Source: Candidatus Hadarchaeota archaeon
GTDB lineage: Archaea > Hadarchaeota > Hadarchaeia > Hadarchaeales > Hadarchaeaceae
Direction of reading: 5' to 3'
DNA length: 64,000 bases
Assembly (NCBI GenBank): GCA_964514965.1
Contig: CAZETV010000001.1
Coordinates: forward strand, 889,239 to 953,238
In this document: in pieces, positions 49,387 to 58,692 of the stretch
Layout of the letters: each line of letters begins with the position of its first letter
Position numbering within the stretch: the first letter of the stretch is position 1
The notes under the pieces: generated by a model
What the model was told of the DNA's origin: nothing
Database searches by the model: none
Seen by the model: only the letters and a program-made list of their open reading frames with translations
Program-made: the position numbers and the translations under genes

Positions 49387-49772
49387 TTAATCCCTTTTAT
49401 TTGTGTTATGGCATTTACTATTTTCAATATATCTTTGTCCGTCGCTAAAATCTCCGCTTCAACGCCTTTAGAATCTGGCATCCCGGTTCCTTGAGTATCC
49501 GCGCTTATCACCATATTTGCCCAAGGCCCGTAGGGCATGAAAGCGATTCCGTGGTCTATTCTCGACTCTTTACACCTAACGACGGTTGAACCGAATTTGG
49601 TGCTAACTTCTACATTTTCACCCTCTTTAGCACCGATTTCTTTCATATCGTTTTCATTCATCATGACCATGGCGACATTTTTAGAATATTCCTCAGAAGT
49701 TTTGCTAATTTCTAGACTTGTCCCCTGTTCTACCGTCCTTCCACTGATTAAAATCACTTTCATGTGATTCAT
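49383..49772 (-). CDS. fwdD: Formylmethanofuran dehydrogenase subunit D
   Basis: 129 aa molybdopterin-dinucleotide-binding-domain-like small subunit, first gene of the operon. Confidence 0.75.
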   Translation of the reverse strand: MNHMKVILISGRTVEQGTSLEISKTSEEYSKNVAMVMMNENDMKEIGAKEGENVEVSTKFGSTVVRCKESRIDHGIAFMPYGPWANMVISADTQGTGMPDSKGVEAEILATDKDILKIVNAITQIKGIK

Positions 49773-49876
49773 CTAGCTCTTTTCTAGTTCTAATATTAAA
49801 GCGGGACATTTTAACTTTTTGTAAAAAATATTTGTGTAGATATGGAAAAAGTTGTAGGCAGAAGATTTAAACAAAA

Positions 49877-50941
49877 ATGAAACATACGCAAACTTGTAGC
49901 GACGATGGAAAGGTAAAGTTGATGAATATACCATATGGGGAACTTAAAACGACCGTGGTCGGGAGCTTTCCCTTACAGCACTCTATAGAAAACATGCGTA
50001 GGACATTTTCAGATCAGATCGAAGCTGGGATAAATTTCCCATGTTATGGGCAACTTTTGGATATGAATTTAATGTTTCTAGAACCTTTGGCAAAAGAAAA
50101 ATGTGGAATCGATATAATTGCGGGGGAGGCGTGGATCACCGGTTTATTAGAGGTTCCTAAGAGGCCCATATCTCTCGAGTTCTTGGAACTAGCTCAAGAG
50201 TACCTCAAAAAGAACCCCTCCGAAGAGGTTGACGGGATTAAAGTCCCCATCACAGGCCCAATCACCTTATCATCCGCGACGAAGGTTTCTGAAAAACATC
50301 TTGCTATAGAACACCCAGATTTTATTCTAGATTTTTCCAATATCGTGGCTGAAATCGCGAAATGGTACGACAAAGCAGGGGCGGGGCTGATAATGATTGA
50401 TGAGCCTTCTTTGAGTTATGCCAAATGGTTTGGGACGGAGCCCGATGTTCTAATCGAAGCGATTAATAAACCCATGAAAGCGATAAAGAACGCCCTATCT
50501 TCGGTTCACGTATGTGGTGACATTTCCGCGGTCACGGACATCCTCATCCAATCGGAAGCTCCAATATTAGATCACAGCTTCAGTGACTTTCCAGCCAACT
50601 TAGGATTTTATTCCAGAGGCGTTTTAGAGAGAGCCGATAAGATGATAGGGTTTGGCTGTGTGAGTTCAACACCAGACCCACAGCTTCTGTTAGACATCAG
50701 CGCGGGAAAGGCTCAATGGACGGAAGCGGTAGAATCCGTGGATAAAATAGAAAAGTTGATTCTTGAGGGAGGGAAGAGGTTCGGACTTGAGAGATTAATT
50801 ATAGACCCAGATTGCGGGTTTGGCGGGATGAGAGAATATTTTAAAGACGACACTGGGCAGAGGATAGCAACTGGAAAGCTGAGAAATATGGTCGGGGCTG
50901 TAAGGGGTGCTAGGAAAAAATTGGGAATGCCCCATAGTTAG
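49877..50941 (+). CDS. metE: Cobalamin-independent methionine synthase (MetE C-terminal domain) family protein
   Basis: VVGSFP motif, IMIDEP, and zinc-ligand contexts HVCGD and DPDCGFG characteristic of the MetE catalytic domain; archaeal short form. Confidence 0.6.
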   Translation: MKHTQTCSDDGKVKLMNIPYGELKTTVVGSFPLQHSIENMRRTFSDQIEAGINFPCYGQLLDMNLMFLEPLAKEKCGIDIIAGEAWITGLLEVPKRPISLEFLELAQEYLKKNPSEEVDGIKVPITGPITLSSATKVSEKHLAIEHPDFILDFSNIVAEIAKWYDKAGAGLIMIDEPSLSYAKWFGTEPDVLIEAINKPMKAIKNALSSVHVCGDISAVTDILIQSEAPILDHSFSDFPANLGFYSRGVLERADKMIGFGCVSSTPDPQLLLDISAGKAQWTEAVESVDKIEKLILEGGKRFGLERLIIDPDCGFGGMREYFKDDTGQRIATGKLRNMVGAVRGARKKLGMPHS

Positions 50942-50968
50942 TGATTATTTTCAGATGAGTGTGATATT

Positions 50969-51922
50969 TTGAGAATTCACATCAAAACACCATCGCGGTT
51001 GCATTTTGGGATAATCGATCTCAGCAGAAGCTTAGGCCGCAGCTATGGTTCAATGGGTTTAGCGATAGAGGGGCGTGGGTATGAAATCCTTGCCGAGAAA
51101 GGCGAGGAGCTAGAGGTACTTGGGCCGGGGGAGGATGCAGAGCAAGCAAGAAAGATTGCCGAAAAAGTTACGCAAATTTACAAAATTCCACGTCAGGTCA
51201 AAATAAACATACTTGAGAACATCCCGATGCATGTAGGGCTGGGCTCCACGACCCAACTGACGCTGGCGGTGGCAACGGCTATCACGAAACTTTATGGTGT
51301 GAAGGCTTCATCCGTTGAGCTTGCGGAGAAAATGGGCAGGGGGAAAAATTCTGGTGTGGGGGCCTACGCTTTCATGAAGGGGGGTTTCATTGTTGGTGGA
51401 GGGATTAAGAGAAGAGGATTTCCGCCGATGATTTTCAGACACGATTTTCCTGAAGAATGGCGCTTCGTAATCGTTATACCGCAAATTGGGAGGGGACTCG
51501 ATGAAAAAACTGAAGAGGGGCTGTTCAAGCGAATAACAGCTTCTACTGATGTTGCCCGAAGAATTTGCCACTCACTCGTCATGAAAATGCTGCCCTCTAT
51601 TGTGGAACATGACGTAGAGAGTTTTGGACAGGTTTTGACTGAGGTTCAGAGGCTCGTTGGGGAAGCTTTTTCCCCCTACCAAGGAGGCGTGTTCGGGGGT
51701 CAGATAGTTTCTGATATCGTTAATCGGATGCTGGAGGAGGGGGCATATGGTGCTGGGCAGAGTTCTTGGGGTCCGACGGTTTATGGGTTGGTTGAGGATA
51801 ATGCCCAAGCGGAGGAACTAAAAGAAAAAATTTTGGAGTTCTTAAAGGGTAAAAGTTACAAAGCTGGCTTAATGGTGGTCAGACCAAACAATGAAGGAGC
51901 TAAGGTAGAAATCGAGGACTAA
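50969..51922 (+). CDS. mptG: Beta-ribofuranosylaminobenzene 5'-phosphate synthase (GHMP-kinase fold), methanopterin biosynthesis
   Basis: N-terminus PSRLHFGIIDL and GHMP motif (PMHVGLGSTTQL) typical of beta-RFAP synthase. Confidence 0.7.
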   Translation: MRIHIKTPSRLHFGIIDLSRSLGRSYGSMGLAIEGRGYEILAEKGEELEVLGPGEDAEQARKIAEKVTQIYKIPRQVKINILENIPMHVGLGSTTQLTLAVATAITKLYGVKASSVELAEKMGRGKNSGVGAYAFMKGGFIVGGGIKRRGFPPMIFRHDFPEEWRFVIVIPQIGRGLDEKTEEGLFKRITASTDVARRICHSLVMKMLPSIVEHDVESFGQVLTEVQRLVGEAFSPYQGGVFGGQIVSDIVNRMLEEGAYGAGQSSWGPTVYGLVEDNAQAEELKEKILEFLKGKSYKAGLMVVRPNNEGAKVEIED

Positions 51923-53063
51923 ATGGGATTTTCTCTTCCAACTTTTGTTTCACGCTTTTTCCTTTTGGATGATAAATATGGTCCAATGCTGTACCTTTTG
52001 AATTTTTGATGCCCATCCACTCGATGAGCTTGGCAAATTTGCTCCTTGTCAAACCATCAGCGACCATTGCGTACCCTTGAGCCGATTCTTTGACCCTTCT
52101 CGCCCCCTGAAGCCACCCGATTCTCCTCACTGGCGCGAATTTGGCGAGTCTCTCTAGCAGTTCATCCTTAACTCTTTCGATTCTCGTTAATCTACCTGAA
52201 AGCAGGATTTCTTTGGGATGGGGAACCGTGACCATCATTGAAGCGACGCCCTTTACTATATCCTCGATCATTGTCTCCCACGCCACTTCGCAGTGCTTAT
52301 CAGAATTTGCGCATCCAATCAGCTCTTCAGGGGAAAGCTTGCCAGACACGGAAATTCCACCACCCGTGAAAATATCCATTTTTTCCCATTTCCCGACTAG
52401 CTGTGTGAGTTCCGCGTCCATGCCGCCTGAAGTTAGAAATCCGATTCCCCCCATAGTTCCGCCGATTCCATCGACAATTTTTCCTTCGCTTATGCCAAGA
52501 ACTGCGTTATACCCAAAGCCCATCTCAACGAGGATGAAGGAGACCTCGGAGTATGGAATGTTTAGCTTTTGGGCCTGATCGTAAACTCCGAGGACGCCAA
52601 TGCACATCTTGTCGACTGTCCCCATGTCAAGCTTGTTGATTTTTCTGTGCGCGGGCACTGTGGGAAGCTCAATCACGCCTGGGATGTAACAAACCGGCCA
52701 ACCCCTGCGCTTCATTTCCATTGCTGTTTCGGTCATAGCTGAATAGACCATTATTCCGATGTCACCTTTTGTTAAAGCGGCCTCCAAGTCCTCTTTCTTC
52801 AGGAGGAGTATGTAGGTAAGGTACCAGTCCCTAAGGGTCTGGATGTTCAAATCTCTCAGATACGTTAATTCAACGCCGTATCCAGAGGGACCAGCTATCA
52901 AATCTAGCGGCATCGCTTTTTCGGTAGCTTCGATTAACAGCTTTGGGTTTTTGGCAACCTCAGGAGTTTCTAAAATTTCCTCAAAGTACACTTCTCCATT
53001 TTCCAGCCCGCATAAATCAAAACTCTTTGTACCGGGGTCTATACCCAAAACCCTGACTTTCAT
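51900..53063 (-). CDS. ASKHA-superfamily protein (DUF1464-like), unknown function
   Basis: N-terminal phosphate-1 motif (VLGIDPGTKSFD) of the actin/sugar-kinase fold; last gene of the H4MPT biosynthesis operon. Confidence 0.4.
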   Translation of the reverse strand: MKVRVLGIDPGTKSFDLCGLENGEVYFEEILETPEVAKNPKLLIEATEKAMPLDLIAGPSGYGVELTYLRDLNIQTLRDWYLTYILLLKKEDLEAALTKGDIGIMVYSAMTETAMEMKRRGWPVCYIPGVIELPTVPAHRKINKLDMGTVDKMCIGVLGVYDQAQKLNIPYSEVSFILVEMGFGYNAVLGISEGKIVDGIGGTMGGIGFLTSGGMDAELTQLVGKWEKMDIFTGGGISVSGKLSPEELIGCANSDKHCEVAWETMIEDIVKGVASMMVTVPHPKEILLSGRLTRIERVKDELLERLAKFAPVRRIGWLQGARRVKESAQGYAMVADGLTRSKFAKLIEWMGIKNSKGTALDHIYHPKGKSVKQKLEEKIPFSPRFLP

Positions 53064-53110
53064 CGATTCATCCTTCCGTGAGGTCTATTCCATTTTCCAT
53101 TGTGTGCGAT

Positions 53111-54676
53111 TTAGAAAAGCTCTTTCTCCTGCAGATAGCTCCTGCCAGTTCTCAGAGCAATCTCGGCTTTCTGGAGTTCGCGCCCCAAGTATGCGGCATG
53201 TTCGATATCACTAATCAATCCTTTTTCTATAATTTCATAGCATATCTCCTCGGCGGTTTTCCCTCTTATCACGATTTTTGGGTCCCTTCCAGCGTACATG
53301 ACGGCGACTATCTCATATTTGTCAACGAAAATTTTGAAGAAACCTGTTTGATCGAGCTTAAACTTTCTCTTTGCCGATGCGTGGATTGCACTTGCTACCT
53401 TCTCGACATTTTTATCGTATAGGTCGAAAACCTTTCTCTTTTCCTTTAGGATTAGCAGGTCCAATCCTAAATCCTTGGGGACGGTGGACCTTATCTTCGA
53501 TATCGTCGTCATCTCCCTCGCCTTTCTGACCTCTGCAACATTTCCCTGCGTTTTATCGCTCGCTTCCACGGTGAGCACGAAACTTGTCCCTAGTTCGCTT
53601 GCGGCTCCAACTAACAAAGCTGTCATACCCACTGAATCTGCATCGTAAAGCTCAACCACGTTTCCTATCCCCATCAAGATCGGAAGTTCGGGATCAAGTC
53701 CCCTCAACTCGTAAAAGGACAACAGGGAGGCAACGAATCCACGGTTAACGGGTTCTAGGATGGGGTCGGCTATCACCCGTTTGTATCCGAGTTTCTCCGA
53801 TTTTTTCACCAGTTTCATCAAATACTCTACCTTTTCTCTTGGTGCACGCGGGTAATAGCCGCGCTTCGTGTTTAATGGAACGAGGACAGCGGGCACTTCA
53901 AGATTTTGAAATTCATTGATGGTGGCGCCGTTTATGCTCAGGATCAAATCAATTTCGCACTCGATGGCCTTTTTGATCTCAGTTTTGTTTAAAGTGTCAA
54001 TGCTTATCGGGACATCGAAATTATCTTTTAGTGTGGACACAAGCCTCGGAACTTCATCGACCATCTCCCTTCCCGCGAGCATTCCGATATCGATGATTTC
54101 AGCTCCGCTTTCGAAGTATCGTTTGGCGACTTCAATGATTTTCTCGTCAGAAAAGAGTGGCGCATCAGCTATTTCTCCGATGACCCTCGGCGGAAAATCT
54201 CTGCCAGCGGGAACCGCCGTCTTGCCCTTCCCAATCAAGAAATTGTGAGGTTCAGAAAGCCTTTTTTTAGCAGCTTCCTCGGCGATTTTAAGTTGTTTTT
54301 TTATAGAGGCTTTAATCTCAGAGTTTAGGAGCTCGCATGCTGGTTTCTCTTTCGAAAGCTCTATTTTATCTAAATTGTCCAGCACAATGGGGATGTCTGC
54401 AGCGTACTTTGGCCCCTTAAAAGTGGGTATCCCAAGTTTATTTTCTATCATCTTCAAGTCAAATCTAACTAGCCCTGGAACGAGGAGCATCGAGAAGTTG
54501 TTCAAGTTGATTTTTTTTAATTCATTTATCAAAAGTTCTGGAGTCATGAATGATGCAACGGAGAGTGGCAGGACTTTTACATCAGAAGGTATAGTGCTTT
54601 CGACGGCATACCTTCGAACTAACTTTTCAGCGAGTTCAGCCGTTACCAGCAGTATTCTCTTGCCCATCGGCACCAC
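53111..54676 (-). CDS. Dihydropteroate-synthase-like protein with C-terminal extension (methanopterin biosynthesis)
   Basis: 521 aa; pterin-binding TIM-barrel segments (EIIDIGMLAG, ISIDT) resembling the DHPS homologues that condense dihydropterin-PP with beta-RFAP in methanogens. Confidence 0.6.
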   Translation of the reverse strand: MVPMGKRILLVTAELAEKLVRRYAVESTIPSDVKVLPLSVASFMTPELLINELKKINLNNFSMLLVPGLVRFDLKMIENKLGIPTFKGPKYAADIPIVLDNLDKIELSKEKPACELLNSEIKASIKKQLKIAEEAAKKRLSEPHNFLIGKGKTAVPAGRDFPPRVIGEIADAPLFSDEKIIEVAKRYFESGAEIIDIGMLAGREMVDEVPRLVSTLKDNFDVPISIDTLNKTEIKKAIECEIDLILSINGATINEFQNLEVPAVLVPLNTKRGYYPRAPREKVEYLMKLVKKSEKLGYKRVIADPILEPVNRGFVASLLSFYELRGLDPELPILMGIGNVVELYDADSVGMTALLVGAASELGTSFVLTVEASDKTQGNVAEVRKAREMTTISKIRSTVPKDLGLDLLILKEKRKVFDLYDKNVEKVASAIHASAKRKFKLDQTGFFKIFVDKYEIVAVMYAGRDPKIVIRGKTAEEICYEIIEKGLISDIEHAAYLGRELQKAEIALRTGRSYLQEKELF

Positions 54677-55414
54677 TTAGAGAACTTCATTTAGAGTTTT
54701 TGGAATTTTTTTCGGACTATCGATTACAACATAGTTTTTATTTTTCTGCATTTTCTTGACATTTTCGATATCAATTTTTCTGAGAGTAACTTTGACTTCT
54801 TGGCCGAAGGTAACCGCGCCATAAGGGCACTTTTTGAGGCAAATGCCGCACCCTTCACACTTGGTGAGGTCTATTTTTGAATGTCCGTCAGAGAGAACTA
54901 TCGCTTCAAATAGGCAAAGGTCGATTATCGAACAAGCTTCGCAATTCAGACAAATTTCTCGGTTTATCAGGTACGGAAGTCTCGTTCTTTTCTTAATCCC
55001 AATTTGATCGCTCGGAACAATTATTATCGGTACTTTTCCCTTCTCGGCCTGTGCTATGGCGTTTGTAACTAAGGTGTCGGTGATTCCAGCAATAGTTTTT
55101 GCAACCGTGTTTGCACTCGCCGGTGAAATGATCAGAGCATCGTAGGTTCCTCTTAATAAACGTCCTGCAAGCGGGAAGTCGGGGCCCTGCTGGACTTCAA
55201 GGATCACTTCTCGGTAATAATTACCCGGGCAAATCTTGCTCAGTTTTTGCCAAAGCCCATAAACGCGAACGACCCTTTCTCCAGCTGAGGAAACGAAGCA
55301 TGATACCACATGCTCTCTCGCTAATTTCTCCATAACGTCGAATGTCTCTTGAAGAAAATGTCCGGCTCCTGTTATGCCCCACCCTATTTTTACCAATTCA
55401 CTACCCCATCTCAT
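54677..55414 (-). CDS. dmrX: Flavoprotein with two 4Fe-4S ferredoxin motifs, DmrX-like dihydromethanopterin reductase
   Basis: N-terminal flavoprotein fold (IGWGITGAGH, IISPASANT) plus C-terminal CLNCEAC...CEGCGICLKKCP motifs. Confidence 0.55.
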   Translation of the reverse strand: MRWGSELVKIGWGITGAGHFLQETFDVMEKLAREHVVSCFVSSAGERVVRVYGLWQKLSKICPGNYYREVILEVQQGPDFPLAGRLLRGTYDALIISPASANTVAKTIAGITDTLVTNAIAQAEKGKVPIIIVPSDQIGIKKRTRLPYLINREICLNCEACSIIDLCLFEAIVLSDGHSKIDLTKCEGCGICLKKCPYGAVTFGQEVKVTLRKIDIENVKKMQKNKNYVVIDSPKKIPKTLNEVL

Positions 55415-56087
55415 TTTTGAAGAGACCCTTAATTTTTATCATCAGGTTTAGCTCCACTGAGTGAGGAGCGATTCGCCGACATTTTTCCAAATATTCACTA
55501 ATCTCAAGGAATTTCTTTTTTGCCACGTCATATTTACCATTTTTTAACGCTTCCTTTACCCGAGTTGCCAGTATTGCGGATTCGGTCACGAAGAACTCGG
55601 ACCTTTTGAACGGATAGATGGACGGAGTAATTAACTCAATATTTTTCACCCTTGCAGTAATGTGGGCCACTTCCGAACTGCCGATCTCATCCGAAATCTT
55701 TGCTCGTTCTACCTTTTCAACCTCAATCTCCACATGGGCATCGCTTTTCGCCAGTTTGGGCGCGTTCACGTTTCTCGATTTTTCGAATTCTATTGCGATT
55801 TTACCGAAGCTGGTGAATTCTTTTAGAGCAAGAGATACCAGGAGTTCCACATCTCTTACGATGTTTATAACCGCGGCCTTCGAATGGAGGAGATTCTGGA
55901 AAGTTCTGGTGTTAGTGAAAATTCTTAGAAACAACTTTGATTGATTTATTGTCTTGATACCAACAACCGATGCGTGCGGTCTTTTATCAGGTGAGAAGGT
56001 AGTCAAAATGATTTCCGCTGGGGATTGCTCAGATAGCCCAGTTTCTGCTAATGAGGACATAACAGGCATCTTCATTTCAACATGCAT
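55401..56087 (-). CDS. DUF447-like protein associated with methanopterin biosynthesis
   Basis: 228 aa protein between dmrX-like and CitG-like genes; the same gene set (DUF447 plus CitG-like) accompanies H4MPT biosynthesis in methylotrophs. Confidence 0.45.
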   Translation of the reverse strand: MHVEMKMPVMSSLAETGLSEQSPAEIILTTFSPDKRPHASVVGIKTINQSKLFLRIFTNTRTFQNLLHSKAAVINIVRDVELLVSLALKEFTSFGKIAIEFEKSRNVNAPKLAKSDAHVEIEVEKVERAKISDEIGSSEVAHITARVKNIELITPSIYPFKRSEFFVTESAILATRVKEALKNGKYDVAKKKFLEISEYLEKCRRIAPHSVELNLMIKIKGLFKNEMG

Positions 56088-56120
56088 ATGTTTTTCTCAC
56101 ACATAAAACTCTCAAAGATT

Positions 56121-57104
56121 TCAAGGTATCAACCCATCGAGGATTGCCAGCATTAGGGAGGATGCGGTGAGGTCAGCCGTTGTTCCTGGATTTATTCTTT
56201 TTTTTCTCAGCTCCTCATCAAATTTTTTGATAAGGGTTCTCCCCGCACTTGTTAACATTCCTCCTTTCTTGATGATCGACCTTGCCTCCCCCGATACGTT
56301 TTCCGAGATTTCTTTGCCGTGTATCCTTTGCACGAAGGTATCGGGATATTTTGAGAGTATCTCGAGAAAGCTCTGGACGGTCGTCGTGTTCATGGTTTTA
56401 GTCTTTTCGTACAATTTTTTCACGAGTGGATAGCCGAATTCAAAAGTTATCTCCATGCCGGTGACCCATTCTCTGGATATGTTATCCCACTTTGAGCTGA
56501 TATTCATTATCTCATAGAGCGAGATATGCTCTTTCTTTATCCTATCCTTTGATGTCTCATTCTTTACATCGAGTTCATCCACTCCCTCAAGGCCTGCCGG
56601 GTCCGCAATCAAGATCGCATCGTAGACATTCAGCGCGTCCTCAGGAGTCGTGGATTTCAAGACATTTGAGAGGTTTGCCCTAAGCTTTTTCATTTCAATT
56701 TTACCTTCCCTGCCCAGCGTTATTCCTGCTGCTGCTGCAAGCGGTGTTAAGAGCAGCACTACGCCCAGATTTGTGTTTCCGTCTCTTTGCCATTTCATCG
56801 TGTTTTCAATTGCACTTTTTATTGCTCTTCCAACTCCGATATGAGTCGTTTTGACCCCTCTCTTTCCAACCCTGAACCCTCTCTTGGCCACATCGAGCAA
56901 AATGGGGCCTATCGCTATGGAGCTTGCTATGAAATGCTCAAACGTCATTTCCTTTATATCCGCAGTTCTGTGAACATTTCCCGGCTTTGGGTACCCGCTA
57001 ACCTCTAGCGCTGACGCGAGTTGTGCGGCTCTTGCTATATCTTCGATATCCATCAAGATTACCTGCGCGGCCTTGCTTATTTTTCGTGTTGTATCATTTA
57101 ACAA
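56121..57104 (-). CDS. Triphosphoribosyl-dephospho-CoA synthase (CitG)-like protein, methanopterin biosynthesis associated
   Basis: CitG-family motif GYPKPGNVHR and 327 aa length. Confidence 0.6.
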   Translation of the reverse strand: MLNDTTRKISKAAQVILMDIEDIARAAQLASALEVSGYPKPGNVHRTADIKEMTFEHFIASSIAIGPILLDVAKRGFRVGKRGVKTTHIGVGRAIKSAIENTMKWQRDGNTNLGVVLLLTPLAAAAGITLGREGKIEMKKLRANLSNVLKSTTPEDALNVYDAILIADPAGLEGVDELDVKNETSKDRIKKEHISLYEIMNISSKWDNISREWVTGMEITFEFGYPLVKKLYEKTKTMNTTTVQSFLEILSKYPDTFVQRIHGKEISENVSGEARSIIKKGGMLTSAGRTLIKKFDEELRKKRINPGTTADLTASSLMLAILDGLIP

Positions 57105-57107
57105 CGT

Positions 57108-57578
57108 TTATGAGAGATGTTTGAGGTTACCAGACTTGGCTCGTTTTTTCTTCACGAGTTTTCCGAGCCCACGTTTTTGGAGCATCGCTTCGATCTCTCG
57201 CTCGGACGGTTGCGGGAGTAAGGTAGGAGCAGGGGTTCGGGACAGTTTCATCCTGAACGCTCCAATTATTTTGCTTGCAGCGAGCGTATACGCAAGCACT
57301 ACCGCGCAGAAGTAGAGCGGTTCAAGCGCGAGCGCCATGGATGTGAAGATTGCGGGTCCGACGATTGCGACCCCGACCGCTAGGGCAATCACGATCGTTT
57401 TGACCTTTCGACGGCGATAAATTACCGTGAGCTTGCCGCCCAGACCTAAGAGCAGCGCCTCCAGCCCAAAAGCCAAAGAACCGAAGAGGAGAATTATATA
57501 GAGGATTTCGATGGTGCTCAAGCAGGTCACCAATCGAGCTAGGTTGACAAACGATTTAAAATGTGAGCGGCGCCGCAT
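57108..57578 (-). CDS. Small membrane protein (start uncertain)
   Basis: Hydrophobic helices (ILYIILLFGSLAFGLEALLLGL, IVIALAVGVAIVGPAIF); longest ORF overlaps the nth start, so the true start is probably internal (TTG at 57521 or ATG at 57338). Confidence 0.35.
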   Translation of the reverse strand: MRRRSHFKSFVNLARLVTCLSTIEILYIILLFGSLAFGLEALLLGLGGKLTVIYRRRKVKTIVIALAVGVAIVGPAIFTSMALALEPLYFCAVVLAYTLAASKIIGAFRMKLSRTPAPTLLPQPSEREIEAMLQKRGLGKLVKKKRAKSGNLKHLS

Positions 57579-58227
57579 GGTGGCAATTTTGGGACGTTTG
57601 GGTGCTGAGTTCGAGCTCTGGCGCCGTTACACTAATGACCCGTTTCTCCTATTGGTTGGGACGGTGCTCTCGCAGAACACCAACTGGCGCAACACCCGTG
57701 CAGCCTATAACCGGCTCATCGCTAAGTTTCGAACACCCGAACAGCTCGCGAGGGCGAGAATAAGGGATATTCAACAGTTAATCAAACCTGCTGGCCTGTA
57801 CAGGATGAAATCTAAACACCTGAAGGAGCTAGCGCGCATAGTGCTCGAGCGATATCACGGGGACCTAAGCACTTTGCTCCGAAAGCCGCCCGAAAAGGCG
57901 CGCCAAGAGTTGCTCTCTTTGCCCGGAATCGGCTACAAGACCGCTGATGTGCTGCTGGTCTTCGGGGCAGGGCGTGACGTGCTGCCGGTTGACACCCACA
58001 TTTTCAGGATCTCAAAACGTCTTGGGTTTGCTTCACCTAAGGCCAACTACGAAAAAGTAAGACTCAAACTTGAGGAACTCACACCTAGCGGCCGTCGCGG
58101 CGAGGCGCATGTGCTGTTGATTCAACACGGTCGGCGTTACTGTCTCGCTCGCAACCCGCTTTGCGATGAATGCCCGATCAAAGACCTCTGCCCAATTGGA
58201 ATTAGTCGTGTAAAGCACGCGCCATAG
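57511..58227 (+). CDS. nth: Endonuclease III (DNA glycosylase/AP lyase)
   Basis: HhH-GPD fold (LPGIGYKTADVLL) and C-terminal 4Fe-4S motif (CLARNPLCDECPIKDLC). Confidence 0.8.
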   Translation: MVLKQVTNRARLTNDLKCERRRMVAILGRLGAEFELWRRYTNDPFLLLVGTVLSQNTNWRNTRAAYNRLIAKFRTPEQLARARIRDIQQLIKPAGLYRMKSKHLKELARIVLERYHGDLSTLLRKPPEKARQELLSLPGIGYKTADVLLVFGAGRDVLPVDTHIFRISKRLGFASPKANYEKVRLKLEELTPSGRRGEAHVLLIQHGRRYCLARNPLCDECPIKDLCPIGISRVKHAP

Positions 58228-58292
58228 CGGAGTTGACGACCACGAGCTTGTCACGCTTTGTATCGAAAAAATGAACTTGATAAATTAACTGT

Positions 58293-58646
58293 TCATCTTT
58301 CTTCAGATTCGATTACATAGTATCTATCTAGCAACTCACAGACGGCTTTAGAAAGAGCATGATAGCACATGTCGGCATCAACTTTTTCTGTGGAGATGCT
58401 AAGAACGTAGTCTCTACAGGTGCAGAAAGTGCGGAAAACTTCATACTCGTCTGATTTCCCCCGCACGAACCATCGCCTACCCCGCCTTATAACGCAATGG
58501 TGCTTGATGGCCTCTAAAGCACGCTTCCCTCGTCCGCTGTAGGCGTCAATTATCGCTCGCTCAAGTTGCGGAGTCAAAATTTCGCCTCGCTTGAGCTGCT
58601 TGAACAGTTCATTCTTTTTGCGGAGGAAAGTTTCCGAGACCACCAC
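58293..58646 (-). CDS. Hypothetical Cys/His-containing small protein (SWIM-zinc-finger-like)
   Basis: 117 aa with CTCRDY...CYH pattern; no firm family assignment. Confidence 0.35.
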   Translation of the reverse strand: MVVSETFLRKKNELFKQLKRGEILTPQLERAIIDAYSGRGKRALEAIKHHCVIRRGRRWFVRGKSDEYEVFRTFCTCRDYVLSISTEKVDADMCYHALSKAVCELLDRYYVIESEER

Positions 58647-58692
58647 ATCCCTATTTCTAAAGGCACGAGAGAGCTATAAAAAATGGAGGCAC

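Noticed and set aside
43005-49772. Formyltransferase/hydrolase (Fhc-type, non-redox) complex instead of formyl-MFR dehydrogenase
   Set aside because: FwdB keeps the catalytic Cys-His and Fe-S motif and a FwdD subunit is present, which fits a redox-active dehydrogenase better than an Fhc complex.
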